From an uncultured Thermoplasmatales archaeon (GTDB lineage: Archaea; Thermoplasmatota; E2; DHVEG-1): DNA of 64,000 nucleotides. Shown in pieces: positions 28,793 through 42,194 of this stretch; within the stretch, counting starts at the first letter, position 1; every line of letters begins with the position of its first letter. A program made the translations under genes and the position numbers. The notes beneath the pieces were generated by a model, which was not told the origin of the DNA, searched no databases, and worked only from the letters and a program-made list of their open reading frames with translations. Location of the stretch: the NCBI GenBank assembly GCA_964638175.1, contig CAZWZY010000001.1, forward strand, positions 62,257 to 126,256, given 5' to 3'.

Positions 28793-29293
28793 GTGTTCGT
28801 GGTGGTAACAATACGGCCTGCTCGATTAGACGATCTGCCATCCATTACTGAGATCTATAACAACGCGATTGAAAAAACGGTTACCACCTTTGATACAGAA
28901 CCGAAGAGCAGAGATGAACAAAAGCACTGGTTTTTTACTCATGGAAAGAAAAATCCTATACTTATAGCGGAGCAGGGTGGGATATTGATTGGATGGGGGG
29001 CACTCAGTAAATACTCTAATCGAAGTGCGTATGACGATACCGCAGAGCTTTCTGTATACGTAAAGGAACAATGGCAAGGAAAAGGGATTGGAAAAGCATT
29101 AATTGAAGCGGTTCTGAAGAAAGGAAAGAGCGCAGGACTTCATGCGGTTATCGCAAGAATAACCGAGGGGAACGAAAAAAGCATCCACATCCATGAGTCA
29201 ATGGGATTTGAGCATGTTGGTATTCTAAAGGAAGTAGGATTCAAATTTAACAAACGGTTAGACGTCTATATTTTGGAAAAAATATTGGAATGA
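28793..29293 (+). CDS. GNAT-family N-acetyltransferase
   Basis: …QWQGKGIGKALIEAV… acetyl-CoA-binding motif. Confidence 0.8.
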   Translation: MFVVVTIRPARLDDLPSITEIYNNAIEKTVTTFDTEPKSRDEQKHWFFTHGKKNPILIAEQGGILIGWGALSKYSNRSAYDDTAELSVYVKEQWQGKGIGKALIEAVLKKGKSAGLHAVIARITEGNEKSIHIHESMGFEHVGILKEVGFKFNKRLDVYILEKILE

Positions 29294-29299
29294 TGCATA

Positions 29300-29887
29300 T
29301 TATTTGATCGCTTGTACGCCACCTTCAAATGCTTTTTTATTGATTTGTTTAAACTTAGCAGGTACATTTTCAAGAATGGTTTCTAAAAGAGTCTGTGATT
29401 TGAAGGGAAGAATGTCAATTGCAGTAAGCGCACCCAACATGACAATATTTTTAGTAATCGATGCTCCGGCCTCGGTAGCAATGCTCACGGCATTGACTTT
29501 GAATAGTTTGCCGTACTGTTCAAGTTCATAAAACACCTCATCAAGCTCAGGGTAATTTTCTGAGCCGACAGAGACAGTAAACGGTACTACAGGATTTATA
29601 TCAGTTACAATAATGCTCTTTTTATTTGTATATGAGATATTTCTTAGGGCTTCAATTGGTTCTAAGCTAATAAGGGCATCAGCAGTACCAGAGGCAACAA
29701 GAGGTCCAGAAACGTCTCCTAGGCGTACGGTACAATTGACGGAGCCGCCACGCTGTGCCATACCATGAACTTCAGAGACAAAGACAGGTACTTTTGCCTT
29801 TACCGCAGCTTTTCCAAGGATATCAGCAGCAGTAATCACGCCTTGACCACCGACACCTGCTAGCACAATGTTTGTTTTCTTGTTCAT
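29300..29887 (-). CDS. iorB: Indolepyruvate:ferredoxin oxidoreductase, beta subunit
   Basis: …NIVLAGVGGQGVITAADILGKAA… gamma-domain pattern. Overlaps iorA by 4 nt. Confidence 0.85.
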   Translation of the reverse strand: MNKKTNIVLAGVGGQGVITAADILGKAAVKAKVPVFVSEVHGMAQRGGSVNCTVRLGDVSGPLVASGTADALISLEPIEALRNISYTNKKSIIVTDINPVVPFTVSVGSENYPELDEVFYELEQYGKLFKVNAVSIATEAGASITKNIVMLGALTAIDILPFKSQTLLETILENVPAKFKQINKKAFEGGVQAIK

Positions 29888-31761
29888 TTTTTTGCCCCCT
29901 TTTTATGAATGGCATCAAACGGACAAATGGTTGCACAATTGCCACACCCATTGCACTGCTGCTCATCTATCAAAATGATTCCATCCTCACCATAATAAAT
30001 AGCTGGGCATCCAAACTGTCCAATACATATCTTACACTGCTTACATTTTTCTTGATCGATTTCGTAAACTGCTAGTTCTTTACCGCGTTTCTTTTTATCT
30101 CTATTTTCGAGCAGAATGCATGGTGATTTGCTGATGACAACAGCAGGCCCCTTGAATGCCAATGCACGCTTGAAAGCCTCTGTCGTTTCCTTAACGTTAT
30201 TGGGATCAGTGATTTCAACATGCTCAACACCACATCCTTTGACAACGTCCTCAACCAGTATTTTTTTTGCCGGTCGACCCATGCCGTCAAATTCTGTACC
30301 GGGGTGCGGCTGATGACCGGTCATAGCTGTAGTTCGGTTGTCTAGTACAGTGATGACGACGTCGTGGTTATGGTGTACTGCATCAATAATGGGAGGGATG
30401 CCAGAATGAAAGAAGGTGGAGTCGCCCATAAACGACACGACTTTCTCATCAGTTGCAACAGCAAGACCACAGGCCGTCCCTGCGTTACTTCCCATGCAAA
30501 GGAGCAAATCTGCCATTTCAAGGGGTTTTGCTCTTCCCAGCGTATAACAGCCAATGTCTGTGGGATAAATGACTCCTTTCGGCTGTGCCTTTTTACATGC
30601 ATAATAAGTAGCTCGATGGGGGCATCCTGGACATAACGCAGGCGGTCTGCTTGGTAAGACAATACTGCTTTCTTTTGGTTTCTTCAGGGGATTGCTCTTC
30701 TTCAGAATGCTACATAATGCCTCCATCACAATATCGGGGGTGTATTCAAAAAGCCGGGAAAAATGCCCGGTTGATTTTCCATACAACTTAGTTCCACAGC
30801 CGGTCTCATAAATTAATTGTTTAAATTGATTTTCAAGAATGGGCTCAAGTTCCTCAACAACAATAATATTTTTACAGGACACAATGAACTCTTTACATAA
30901 TTTCTTTGGTAGAGGGTGAGTCATACCGAGTTTTAAAATAGTAACATCCAGATGAAGGTCTTTTGCTACCTCCTTAACATAATTATATGATACGCCCGAA
31001 GTAACAATACCCCATCCCTTTGGTTTTCCAATCGTTACCGTGTGATTAAATGGCGATCGTTCGGAGATGGCTTCTGCCTTTTCAAGCATTCTTAAAAGTT
31101 CAGGGTGTCTGGCACGTGCAATAGCTGGCGTGGTAACCCACATAGGGTTTCGTTCAAATGTTCCTTTTTTTCTAGGGTTTTTCAAAGGTTTTAGCGTAAT
31201 GGGCCCTCGTACATGATTGAGCCTTGTGGTAGTTCTCAAGAGAATGGGAGACTGAAGTTTTTCTGAGATACCAAATCCCTGACGAGTCATTTCTTTTGCT
31301 TCTTCAGGGGTCGATGGCTCAAGCATGGGAGCGCCGCCAAATAAGGCATAATATCGGTTATCCTGTTCATTTTGGGAGGAATGACAGGATGGATCGTCCG
31401 CTGAGATAATAACATGTCCTCCCCGACAACCGATGTACATATAGGTCATAAAGGTATCACTTGCGACATTCAGACCGACATGCTTCATACAGGTAAGAGC
31501 GCGTAGCCCAGAGATGGCTGCTGCACCAGCTACTTCCAAAGCTACTTTTTCATTGGTAGAATATTCGAAATAATACCTCGGTTCTTTTCCTTGCTTTGTA
31601 ACGTGTTTTGCAATAAAAGAGAAGGTATCTGCAATTTCTGAAGAGGGGGTTCCAGGATAGGTAGTTGCAACATCAACACCTGCTTCCAGCGCACCTCGTG
31701 TTATTGCTTCATTTCCCAATAGAAGTATACTATCTCCAGATTTTTCCTTTAGAATCTCCAT
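29884..31761 (-). CDS. iorA: Indolepyruvate:ferredoxin oxidoreductase, alpha subunit
   Basis: 625 aa with a TPP-binding region (…GDSTFFHSG…) and two C-terminal CxxCxxCxxxCP ferredoxin motifs. Confidence 0.85.
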   Translation of the reverse strand: MEILKEKSGDSILLLGNEAITRGALEAGVDVATTYPGTPSSEIADTFSFIAKHVTKQGKEPRYYFEYSTNEKVALEVAGAAAISGLRALTCMKHVGLNVASDTFMTYMYIGCRGGHVIISADDPSCHSSQNEQDNRYYALFGGAPMLEPSTPEEAKEMTRQGFGISEKLQSPILLRTTTRLNHVRGPITLKPLKNPRKKGTFERNPMWVTTPAIARARHPELLRMLEKAEAISERSPFNHTVTIGKPKGWGIVTSGVSYNYVKEVAKDLHLDVTILKLGMTHPLPKKLCKEFIVSCKNIIVVEELEPILENQFKQLIYETGCGTKLYGKSTGHFSRLFEYTPDIVMEALCSILKKSNPLKKPKESSIVLPSRPPALCPGCPHRATYYACKKAQPKGVIYPTDIGCYTLGRAKPLEMADLLLCMGSNAGTACGLAVATDEKVVSFMGDSTFFHSGIPPIIDAVHHNHDVVITVLDNRTTAMTGHQPHPGTEFDGMGRPAKKILVEDVVKGCGVEHVEITDPNNVKETTEAFKRALAFKGPAVVISKSPCILLENRDKKKRGKELAVYEIDQEKCKQCKICIGQFGCPAIYYGEDGIILIDEQQCNGCGNCATICPFDAIHKKGAKK

Positions 31762-31969
31762 GACAAATAATCCCCCTACAAAGTAAGAGCGTTCTCTGCT
31801 TTCAGAGAGAGGAAATTAAGAAAAGCATATAAATCTAACTACCTGCTCTTTACAAAAAGATCTTTTTTGTAGGATATGTTAAAAAAAAAATAACCTGTAG
31901 AAAGCTTTATAAATAACAAAATTGTTGATAGAGGACCCAAAGACAAGGAAGTAACAGGGAGGAAGAAGT

Positions 31970-32263
31970 ATGACAGAAAAAGGAACGGCAGATGAAAACA
32001 CCATATATGTTGGAAACAAACCCCCAATGAGCTATGTTTTGGCAGTTGTGACGCAATTCAATGGTGGGTCAGAAGAAGTAACCATTAAAGCACGAGGGCG
32101 CGCCATTAGCCGAGCGGTCGACACCGCAGAAATTACTAGAAATCGATTTGTCACCAACGCAAAAATCAAAGACATAAAAATCGGAACCGAAAGTATTACT
32201 AACGAAGAGGGGAGAAGTTCTAACGTTTCCTCAATAGAAATATCATTGACCACAAAGAAATAA
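31970..32263 (+). CDS. albA: DNA/RNA-binding protein Alba
   Basis: …[46 protein letters not shown]… canonical Alba fold sequence. Confidence 0.9.
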   Translation: MTEKGTADENTIYVGNKPPMSYVLAVVTQFNGGSEEVTIKARGRAISRAVDTAEITRNRFVTNAKIKDIKIGTESITNEEGRSSNVSSIEISLTTKK

Positions 32264-32453
32264 AGACATTCTAAAAGTTAAAAGTGAAAGTACAAAAAAG
32301 TGGACCAATATTTTCGCAGGGTTGTCAGGTAATGCAATCCTTCTTTTATTTTTATTTTATTATTTTAATATCATAATAACCATTTATATTTATGACAAAA
32401 GAAAGCAAAATGATTTAAATGCCATAATCTATTCTCATTGCCTGTTGATAGGG

Positions 32454-34070
32454 ATGGTAAATTATATTATTATCACTGGGGGCGTTGTTTCTGGATTAGG
32501 AAAGGGAATAACTACTGCCTCAATTGGAAAAATATTGCAGCTACATGGGTACAGTGTCACTGCCATGAAGATCGACCCGTATATTAATTATGATGCGGGA
32601 ACGCTTCGGCCGACTGAGCATGGTGAGGTGTGGGTTACTGAAGACGGCGGCGAAATCGATCAAGATCTTGGTCATTACGAGCGTTTTTTGGACATAAACA
32701 TCCCAAAATATCACAACATTACCACTGGCCAAGTATTTAACACCGTCATCGAAAAAGAACGAAATGGTAAGTATCTTGGAAAGACGGTGCAGCCAATACC
32801 TCATGTCACTGATGTAATTAAACAACGGATTAAACGTCCTGCAAAGGAGGCGAAATATGACTTTATTTTGGTTGAAATTGGCGGTACGGTCGGTGACTAT
32901 GAAAATGTGTTATTTTTAGAAGCAGTTCGTCAAATGAAACAAGAAGGGGAGCGGGTTGTTTTTGTCCATGTCACCTATGTTCCAATGCTTGATGCTTTGG
33001 GTGAAGCAAAAACAAAACCAACACAACATTCGGTAAAATTGTTGAGAGAGATAGGTATCCAACCTGATTTTATTATTACCCGTTCTGAAAAAACTCTTGA
33101 CGGTGTTCGCCGTGAAAAGATTGCTATGTTTTGTAATGTTCATGAAGATGATGTAATTTCAAATGAAGATGTAGACAACGTATATGCGGTTTCGCTGTTA
33201 TTTGAAAAGCAAGATTTTTGTAAAAAAATCCTTCGCAAATTAAACTTACGAAAAGATAGGAACAACCTAGCAAGTTGGGAAAAATTTATTAAAAAAATTA
33301 GAAGGCTAAAAAATCCTGTTACTATTGGAATTGTAGGGAAATATTTTGACATTGGAACCTCTCAACTATCTGATTCATACATCTCTGTTATCGAAGCAGT
33401 GAAACACGCTGCCTGGAACAACAACATGAAGCCGGATATCAAATGGATCGATTCAAAAATATTTGAAAAAGACGAAAGGAAACTCAAAGAGTTGGAAAAA
33501 TTAGATGGGATTATCGTTCCTGGTGGTTTTGGGTTATCAGGAATTGAAGGGAAAATTGCCACTATACACTACGCCAGAGAGCACGATATCCCCTATCTAG
33601 GGTTATGTTTAGGAATGCAGCTTGCCGTGGTAGAATATGCAAGGAATGTGTGTGGAATGAAAGGAGCAAATACCACAGAAGTTGATAAAAAAACACCATA
33701 TCCTGTCATTGATTTTATTCCAGAGCAAGTGAAAGTAATTCGTGAATCGCGGTATGGCGCAACCATGCGATTGGGGGCATATCCTGCGTTGCTCAAAAAA
33801 GGATCAGTTATTCAAAAGTTATATAATAAAAACAAGGTATTTGAACGGCATAGACACCGATACGAGGTTAACCCGGAATTTGTTGGAGCTTTGGAGGAAA
33901 GAGGGTTAGTATTTAGTGGCAAATCTCCAGATGGAGTTTTAATGGAATTTATGGAGTTACCGAATCATCCGTATTTTGTTGGAACGCAAGCACACCCGGA
34001 ATTTAAATCACGGCCTCTGAAACCTGCGCCTCTCTTTCATGGTCTTATCCGGGCCGCTGCAAAACGTTGA
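32454..34070 (+). CDS. pyrG: CTP synthase
   Basis: MVNYIIITGGVVSGLGKG… start and a C-terminal GATase domain (…GLCLGMQ…). The track ORF's extra 44 N-terminal codons are low-complexity and probably untranslated. Confidence 0.95.
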   Translation: MVNYIIITGGVVSGLGKGITTASIGKILQLHGYSVTAMKIDPYINYDAGTLRPTEHGEVWVTEDGGEIDQDLGHYERFLDINIPKYHNITTGQVFNTVIEKERNGKYLGKTVQPIPHVTDVIKQRIKRPAKEAKYDFILVEIGGTVGDYENVLFLEAVRQMKQEGERVVFVHVTYVPMLDALGEAKTKPTQHSVKLLREIGIQPDFIITRSEKTLDGVRREKIAMFCNVHEDDVISNEDVDNVYAVSLLFEKQDFCKKILRKLNLRKDRNNLASWEKFIKKIRRLKNPVTIGIVGKYFDIGTSQLSDSYISVIEAVKHAAWNNNMKPDIKWIDSKIFEKDERKLKELEKLDGIIVPGGFGLSGIEGKIATIHYAREHDIPYLGLCLGMQLAVVEYARNVCGMKGANTTEVDKKTPYPVIDFIPEQVKVIRESRYGATMRLGAYPALLKKGSVIQKLYNKNKVFERHRHRYEVNPEFVGALEERGLVFSGKSPDGVLMEFMELPNHPYFVGTQAHPEFKSRPLKPAPLFHGLIRAAAKR

Positions 34071-34136
34071 GAGCTAGATAATCAGGCCCGATATGTTTTT
34101 ACAATCAGAGATATTTTATAAGATGTATACCAGATA

Positions 34137-35507
34137 ATGTTAGGAAAGCATATGAAGAATACCGTCGATGGAATTGTCGTGGGCATGAATGTTGCTGGCG
34201 CAACGATATCCAAGGAACTTGCATCTTTAGGGCTAGACGTTCTTGTTGTTGAACGACTATCTCAAAAGAGAATTGGGAGAAAGACATGTGGCGATGGATT
34301 GGAAAAACATGAATTCAAACGATTAGGAATACCAATCCCTGAAGGAGATTTTGTTATCCGTGAAATTACCAAAGGAGAACTTGTCGCTCCAGATTTAAAA
34401 TCAAGTATAACTGCCCAAGCAGAGGGGCGTGGGATTAATAGATATCAATTTAATCAACATCTTGTATCATTAGCTCTCAAAGAAGGAGTAACCCTTTTAG
34501 ATGAAACCGTAGCAATTTCTCCCATCTTTGACGGTCAGGGTGCGTCAAGAAAGGTATCTGGGGTCACAGCACGAAACAACCAAGGAGATATCAAAAGAAT
34601 TAACGGGGAAATAGTAATTGATTGCTCTGGTGTATTTGCGAGGATACGCAACCAGTTGCCAGCATCCTGGTGGGTTTCAGAAAAAGTGGATAACGGAGAC
34701 ACTGCTGTTTGTTATCGGGAAACGCGTAAATTTGGGTTTGAATTAGATGGATTATTTGTTCGTGCGTATTTCTCAAAGGAAGTTGCCCCTGGCGCATTTT
34801 ATTGGATTGGGTGCCGAGATCTCCGAACGGTAAACATTGGCATCGGTATTCTTCGTACTCCGGGTTACCCTAACCCAAAAAAACAATTTTATGAAAAACT
34901 TCTCCCGCGTCATCCGTATCTTAAAAAGGGAAAGATTACATGGAAAAGTGGTGGGGTCGTACCGGCAAGAAGGCCTTTGGATTGTATGGTGGCAAACGGA
35001 TTTCTTGCACTCGGTGATGCTGCCTGCCAGGTAAATCCCATAAGCGGCGGAGGCATCGGTCCTTCCATGTTCGCAGGCAAACTTGGTGCCACCGTTATTC
35101 GTGAAGCACTTGAAAGCAAGGACACCAGCATTGTATCTCTATGGGGCTATAATAAAAAATATAATGACAGATATGGCTTTGTTCAGGCAGGGGGACAGAT
35201 TTTTCGAGAATTTTTATCATCTCTGAGCGATGAAGACATGAACAAAATATTGGGTGTGCAGATCCTTTCGGATGAGGATATTCTCTATGCCCTTGAACAT
35301 GGCAAACTTGATGCGGGATTTGCTACCAAACTGAGGTTGGCAAGAAAATTATTACGCTATCCGAGACTTTTGTTGTCATTACGAAAAATGCAAGCTCGTA
35401 TGGAGAAAGCGCGTTCTCTCTATTTAGCATACCCAGAAACACCTCAGGATTTCTTGTCATGGAAAAAAAAGTCCATAGTTTTTTCATGGACCTTAGTGAA
35501 TGATTGA
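34137..35507 (+). CDS. FAD-dependent geranylgeranyl-reductase-family oxidoreductase (atypical, C-terminally extended paralog)
   Basis: N-terminal FAD dinucleotide fold (…IVVGMNVAGATISKELASLGLDVLVVER…) with a …CGDG… motif as in GGR-family enzymes. About 60 aa longer than the canonical GGR at 60822. Confidence 0.65.
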   Translation: MLGKHMKNTVDGIVVGMNVAGATISKELASLGLDVLVVERLSQKRIGRKTCGDGLEKHEFKRLGIPIPEGDFVIREITKGELVAPDLKSSITAQAEGRGINRYQFNQHLVSLALKEGVTLLDETVAISPIFDGQGASRKVSGVTARNNQGDIKRINGEIVIDCSGVFARIRNQLPASWWVSEKVDNGDTAVCYRETRKFGFELDGLFVRAYFSKEVAPGAFYWIGCRDLRTVNIGIGILRTPGYPNPKKQFYEKLLPRHPYLKKGKITWKSGGVVPARRPLDCMVANGFLALGDAACQVNPISGGGIGPSMFAGKLGATVIREALESKDTSIVSLWGYNKKYNDRYGFVQAGGQIFREFLSSLSDEDMNKILGVQILSDEDILYALEHGKLDAGFATKLRLARKLLRYPRLLLSLRKMQARMEKARSLYLAYPETPQDFLSWKKKSIVFSWTLVND

Positions 35508-35554
35508 TGCGAAGTCGCGTGATTCTATGGCTGTTATCTTTTCCTGCTATGATG

Positions 35555-35908
35555 TTATGTACTTGTTTTTGGTTCTGCGGTTTTGTTCTTTTTCAGAAGT
35601 CGTTTATACATTTGTTCAGCCATCATATATCCAAGACAAACCCACCCAGGATCTTCAACCAGTGCCACAAATATATATACAACGGCAACATCTTGGGAAT
35701 ATTCGCGCATACCGGTAACAAGGCCAATGCCTTCAATCAGTGCCCATATCACCATAGCAAAAAGAAACATTTTCACTGCCCGTTTGTTCTTTGTGTATAG
35801 TGCAATACCAAGAACGGTGAGTGTAATACCAAGTACGATGAAAAAATACAAATAATTGACATGCCGGCAGACTTCTGCCGGCGACAGGACCCACTCAATG
35901 GGACTCAT
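35555..35908 (-). CDS. Small polytopic membrane protein (117 aa), unknown function
   Basis: Three predicted TM helices. Overlaps the upstream 121-aa membrane ORF by ATGA. Confidence 0.4.
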   Translation of the reverse strand: MSPIEWVLSPAEVCRHVNYLYFFIVLGITLTVLGIALYTKNKRAVKMFLFAMVIWALIEGIGLVTGMREYSQDVAVVYIFVALVEDPGWVCLGYMMAEQMYKRLLKKNKTAEPKTST

Positions 35909-36270
35909 GATTTTTCCTCCTCTTTGTATTCGGACAGGTCAATTAATCCTACCTTGTCGGCAAAAATAGCCATAACAATAAGTCCCGGTCCGCCCTCAGT
36001 TATTGCATGGTATAAAAGTTCAAGGCCTGAAAGAAAGCTATAGTGTCGCGATCCTGAACTGAATAAAACAACTTCCCATGCAAGGCCGATGAGTGCGGCA
36101 CTTAACCACAAAAACAAGGAAAATTTGAGCAGCCGATAACGTTTTGCTAAACACACAGCAAAGAGGGCAAAGAACAACATGAATAGATAGAATACTTGTG
36201 TTTGAAAGTGTCGTGATATGACAATGTCATCTATTAGCCAGCCAATATCCATAGGAATCCTCCAAATCAA
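35905..36270 (-). CDS. Small polytopic membrane protein (121 aa), unknown function
   Basis: Three predicted TM helices and an acidic C-terminal tail. Directly downstream of the UbiA paralogs. Confidence 0.4.
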   Translation of the reverse strand: MIWRIPMDIGWLIDDIVISRHFQTQVFYLFMLFFALFAVCLAKRYRLLKFSLFLWLSAALIGLAWEVVLFSSGSRHYSFLSGLELLYHAITEGGPGLIVMAIFADKVGLIDLSEYKEEEKS

Positions 36271-36331
36271 AGAGATATACTAGAGAGAATATTCGATATT
36301 GTGTATAAAGGTGTGTCGTTTTTTCAACCCA

Positions 36332-37345
36332 CTATACTTGTGGTTGAAGTAACTTTCCATAAAGAATAACGTTGAGCGCGAGATACCAACAAGTGGGGAT
36401 GATAATAAGAATAAGTGTGATAACTAAACCAAAGAGGGGAGACAACACAACCAATACTAAGAAATACGACGTCATTTCATGGACACTAAACAATCGTTTT
36501 AACTGCCCTCGATGAAAGAGGAAAGATCGCATAAAAAGATACGATGTTGCAACTATAGCAAGACCTAGCAAGATGACAATAAATTGTACGAAAATATTGC
36601 TTTTCCAGAAGGAAAGCTCTGGCTGCATTGCTAGAACAATAAGCGTTCCAAAAAAAGCCAGTTGCGTGGTGTAAGCAAAAATCCTGAAAGGGAGGGGTGC
36701 CTGCAACACGCCGTTATTGATGTGCACGCCCATTCTCGTTGCTATTGTCTTTGCACCACCAAGTGCATCGTGATCGATGTCTTTTAATCCTCCTTCAACC
36801 GCATTGTTAAAGACGATTTGAAAAAAGTATAGTAGACAGACAAGATACACCAACAAGGGGAAGGAAAACGACACTGTACTTGCACCCGTAAGACAAAGGA
36901 AGAAAAAACCGCCAGCCAATATAAAATCGAATCCGGGCATTTTTTTCCCGTATGTGTCATACAATGCGCCTAAAAGAAGTGCAACAAGAAAAAAAATGAA
37001 AGGAAAAACCGATTGAAAGAATGTAAGCAGAGCACAGGCACCTACTAGAGAAATCACGACAACAGAGAGGGCAGTATTTTTTGTTATTGCACCGCTCACC
37101 AGTGGTTTTTCCTTCAAATCAGCAGATTTTTTATCGACTTCAATATCAATATATTCGTTTAAAACAAACCCAAAAATATGATACAGGAGCCCCACCAAAA
37201 ACAACACAAGTAACGGGAATGGTTCTCGTTGATTCATAACCAATCCGCCAATGACTGGTGTAGTTGCAGTAACCGCTGCAGTTTGAAGTCTGAAGAGTTG
37301 CAGAAAAGAGATGGTTTTGCTTTTTATCGAGCTCATGACCTTCAC
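36332..37345 (-). CDS. UbiA-family prenyltransferase (paralog 1)
   Basis: Asp-rich motifs NEYIDIEVD and GLKDIDHDALGG in a ~9-TM protein. Confidence 0.75.
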   Translation of the reverse strand: MKVMSSIKSKTISFLQLFRLQTAAVTATTPVIGGLVMNQREPFPLLVLFLVGLLYHIFGFVLNEYIDIEVDKKSADLKEKPLVSGAITKNTALSVVVISLVGACALLTFFQSVFPFIFFLVALLLGALYDTYGKKMPGFDFILAGGFFFLCLTGASTVSFSFPLLVYLVCLLYFFQIVFNNAVEGGLKDIDHDALGGAKTIATRMGVHINNGVLQAPLPFRIFAYTTQLAFFGTLIVLAMQPELSFWKSNIFVQFIVILLGLAIVATSYLFMRSFLFHRGQLKRLFSVHEMTSYFLVLVVLSPLFGLVITLILIIIPTCWYLALNVILYGKLLQPQV

Positions 37346-37375
37346 ATAGATACTGTGTTTTTATTTAAAGGTAGG

Positions 37376-38371
37376 TTAGATGGTGGGCATAAGCCTTCCA
37401 TACATAAGAATGAGAAAGACCCCGAGCCAAATAACTGGAAAGATGAGCAAGAAGAGAGCTGCAACAGGCCCAATAAAACCAAACAACAATATCGGTACTA
37501 CTATAAAGGAAAACATTTCATGAAAGCCAATTGCTCTCATCAGGGCTTCCCGGTTAAAGGTTTTCATAGTAAGAAAGCGTATCAGAAAACACACCGAAAC
37601 GCCGATGACAAGTATGGCAGCATAGAGCTGCCAAGTCTGGAAGGGTATCATCACGTACGTAAACGGAACAAGAGTAAGCGCAATGTGTATTCCTTTCAAT
37701 ATTACAACATAGCCAGCAAATGATCGAGAGATGTGTAATTTCCCTTTTTCAATCCCAACATGCATTCGCAGCGGTGTGCTTAATCCCCCCGCAAGAGCAT
37801 CATGGTCCACATCCTTTAACCCCGCGATGATGTTATTGATAAGCATCTGTGTAAACGCAAGAAGGGCAATAATGCACACAAAGGGAGGTAACGATGAAGT
37901 TACAGAAAAGCCTCCATACAGCGCCACAAGTAAAAGCATGACAGCAATAAAATAATCTGCATGGGGAATACGTTTTCCAAAAGCATCATACAATCCACCA
38001 AACAAAAAGGCTAAGAGACTTAGGGGGACCAGCATAAGGGCTCGGTCGAAGAAAAAAACAAGAGTAAAAAGAAAGACAAAGATGATAGCTGAGAGGACAA
38101 TAACTTTTGCTTTCTTTTCTGAGATGTATCCTTCTACCAGGGGCTTGTGTGTGAGATCTTTTGAGGTTTTGTCGATGCCGACATCTCTTACTTCATTATA
38201 GATAAAGAGAAAGAGATGAAAAAGGATACCTATGAAAAACAGTTCGACATAATGAATGAGAGGGAGGGGCATCCCTACTGCTGCAGCAGTGACTACGGGA
38301 GCAAACCCTGTTAATACCGCAGAATGTACTCTTCCAAGTCTAAGATACGCCGGTATTGTTTTCCCAATCAT
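37376..38371 (-). CDS. UbiA-family prenyltransferase (paralog 2)
   Basis: NEVRDVGID and GLKDVDHDALAGG motifs; tandem with paralog 1. Confidence 0.75.
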   Translation of the reverse strand: MIGKTIPAYLRLGRVHSAVLTGFAPVVTAAAVGMPLPLIHYVELFFIGILFHLFLFIYNEVRDVGIDKTSKDLTHKPLVEGYISEKKAKVIVLSAIIFVFLFTLVFFFDRALMLVPLSLLAFLFGGLYDAFGKRIPHADYFIAVMLLLVALYGGFSVTSSLPPFVCIIALLAFTQMLINNIIAGLKDVDHDALAGGLSTPLRMHVGIEKGKLHISRSFAGYVVILKGIHIALTLVPFTYVMIPFQTWQLYAAILVIGVSVCFLIRFLTMKTFNREALMRAIGFHEMFSFIVVPILLFGFIGPVAALFLLIFPVIWLGVFLILMYGRLMPTI

Positions 38372-38410
38372 ATTTTCACATATCCTCAGGAGTGAAATAG
38401 AGAGTAGGTA

Positions 38411-40625
<2,215 letters not shown>

Positions 40626-40772
40626 GTGAGATACACCATCGATATTTCTTCTGGCTAACTGTATTTAAAAGGCTTTTTAATAGTTTACTTGTGAGTGTAA
40701 ATCGGTAATTATTAAAGGAGGAGGGAGCATACAGAATAATGCTCTGTTTTATGGTGCTTTGGAGGTGAAAGG

Positions 40773-42110
40773 GTGGTTGTTTCTACGAAATCAAAAAATG
40801 AAGTGTTGGATGTCGTAAAAGAAAAGGAAATTATCTTTATTCGTTTACAATTTATCGATATTTTGGGTTTTCCAAAAAATATTGTTATTCCTGCAAATAG
40901 ATTAGAAGAAGCATTTGACGAGGGGATGCCTTTTGATGGATCTTCAATAGCGGGATATGCTACTATCGAAGAATCAGATAAAATAGCTAAACCAGACCCT
41001 CATAGCTTTGTTATTCTTCCAGAAGTTGTGGAAAAGCGGAAGACTGCAAAAATAAACTGTGACATCTATGAACCAAATGGCCGACGTTTTGTCGGGGACA
41101 CAAAATATGTATTAGAATTGGTGGTAGATAAGGCAAAAAAATTGGGCTATACTTATTATACTGGACCGGAATGCGAATTTTTTCTATTCAAAAAAAATGG
41201 CGAAGAGACAACATTAACTCCCAATGATTATGCAGGTTATTTTGACCTCTCTCACCGAGATCTTGCAGAGGGGGTCCGCGCAGCTATTTCTCTTGCGCTA
41301 GGAGAGATGGGGGTACAGACGTATACGTCTCATCATGAAGTTGGATCTGGGCAGCATGAAATTAATTTTCATTATGACGATGCCATTACCACAGCCGATC
41401 GTGTCATTACGTTGAAATATGTAACTAAAGTTATTGCAACGCAACACGGGTTGCATGCTTCCTTTATGCCTAAACCGTTGTATGGGATTGCTGGATCAGG
41501 AATGCACACCCATCAGTCACTGTTTACAGAAAAAGGTAAAAATGCATTTTATGGCCCTGACGAAAAGAATCAATTGAGTCGTACCGCGCACTATTTTATT
41601 GCAGGGCTACTAGAATATATTAAAGAGATTTGTGTGTTATTAAATCCAACAGTAAACTCTTATAAGCGGCTTGTGCCTGGATACGAAGCTCCTACATACA
41701 TCTCGTGGGCAAATAGAAATCGCAGTGCTCTTATCAGGATACCTATGAGAAAGGGGAAAGGCACGCGGTGTGAACTACGAAATCCTGATTTATCCGGCAA
41801 TCCCTATTTGCAGTTTGCCGTCATGCTTGCGGCAGGACTAAAGGGAATAGAAGATAAATTAGAACCACCGGCCCCTGTTGAAAAAAACATTTATGCATTG
41901 TCTGACAAAGAGAGGCAGAAATACGGAATAGAACATTTGCCTGAAAGTCTTGGGCATGCGCTTTCTTTTATGGAAGAGAGTGAATTAGCAAAAGAAACGT
42001 TAGGGGAACACATCTTCAATAATTTTATTCATGTTAAACGCAAGGAATGGGAAGATTACCGAACACAAGTAACAAAATGGGAGACAGACAAATATCTTTC
42101 GATTATCTAA
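40773..42110 (+). CDS. glnA: Glutamine synthetase type I
   Basis: GS beta-grasp and catalytic domains, 445 aa. Confidence 0.95.
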   Translation: MVVSTKSKNEVLDVVKEKEIIFIRLQFIDILGFPKNIVIPANRLEEAFDEGMPFDGSSIAGYATIEESDKIAKPDPHSFVILPEVVEKRKTAKINCDIYEPNGRRFVGDTKYVLELVVDKAKKLGYTYYTGPECEFFLFKKNGEETTLTPNDYAGYFDLSHRDLAEGVRAAISLALGEMGVQTYTSHHEVGSGQHEINFHYDDAITTADRVITLKYVTKVIATQHGLHASFMPKPLYGIAGSGMHTHQSLFTEKGKNAFYGPDEKNQLSRTAHYFIAGLLEYIKEICVLLNPTVNSYKRLVPGYEAPTYISWANRNRSALIRIPMRKGKGTRCELRNPDLSGNPYLQFAVMLAAGLKGIEDKLEPPAPVEKNIYALSDKERQKYGIEHLPESLGHALSFMEESELAKETLGEHIFNNFIHVKRKEWEDYRTQVTKWETDKYLSII

Positions 42111-42194
42111 ACACATTGTCTTCCCTCCTTTTTTGTTCACAGAGTAAACAAATATTATAAATCGGTTGTTACATTCAGTCTTGAGGGGAAAAGT

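Noticed and set aside
32322-32453. N-terminal 44-codon extension of the CTP synthase ORF
   Set aside because: The extension is an Ile/Tyr/Phe-rich low-complexity translation of AT-rich DNA. The canonical PyrG N-terminus MVNYIIITGGVVSGLGKG begins at 32454.
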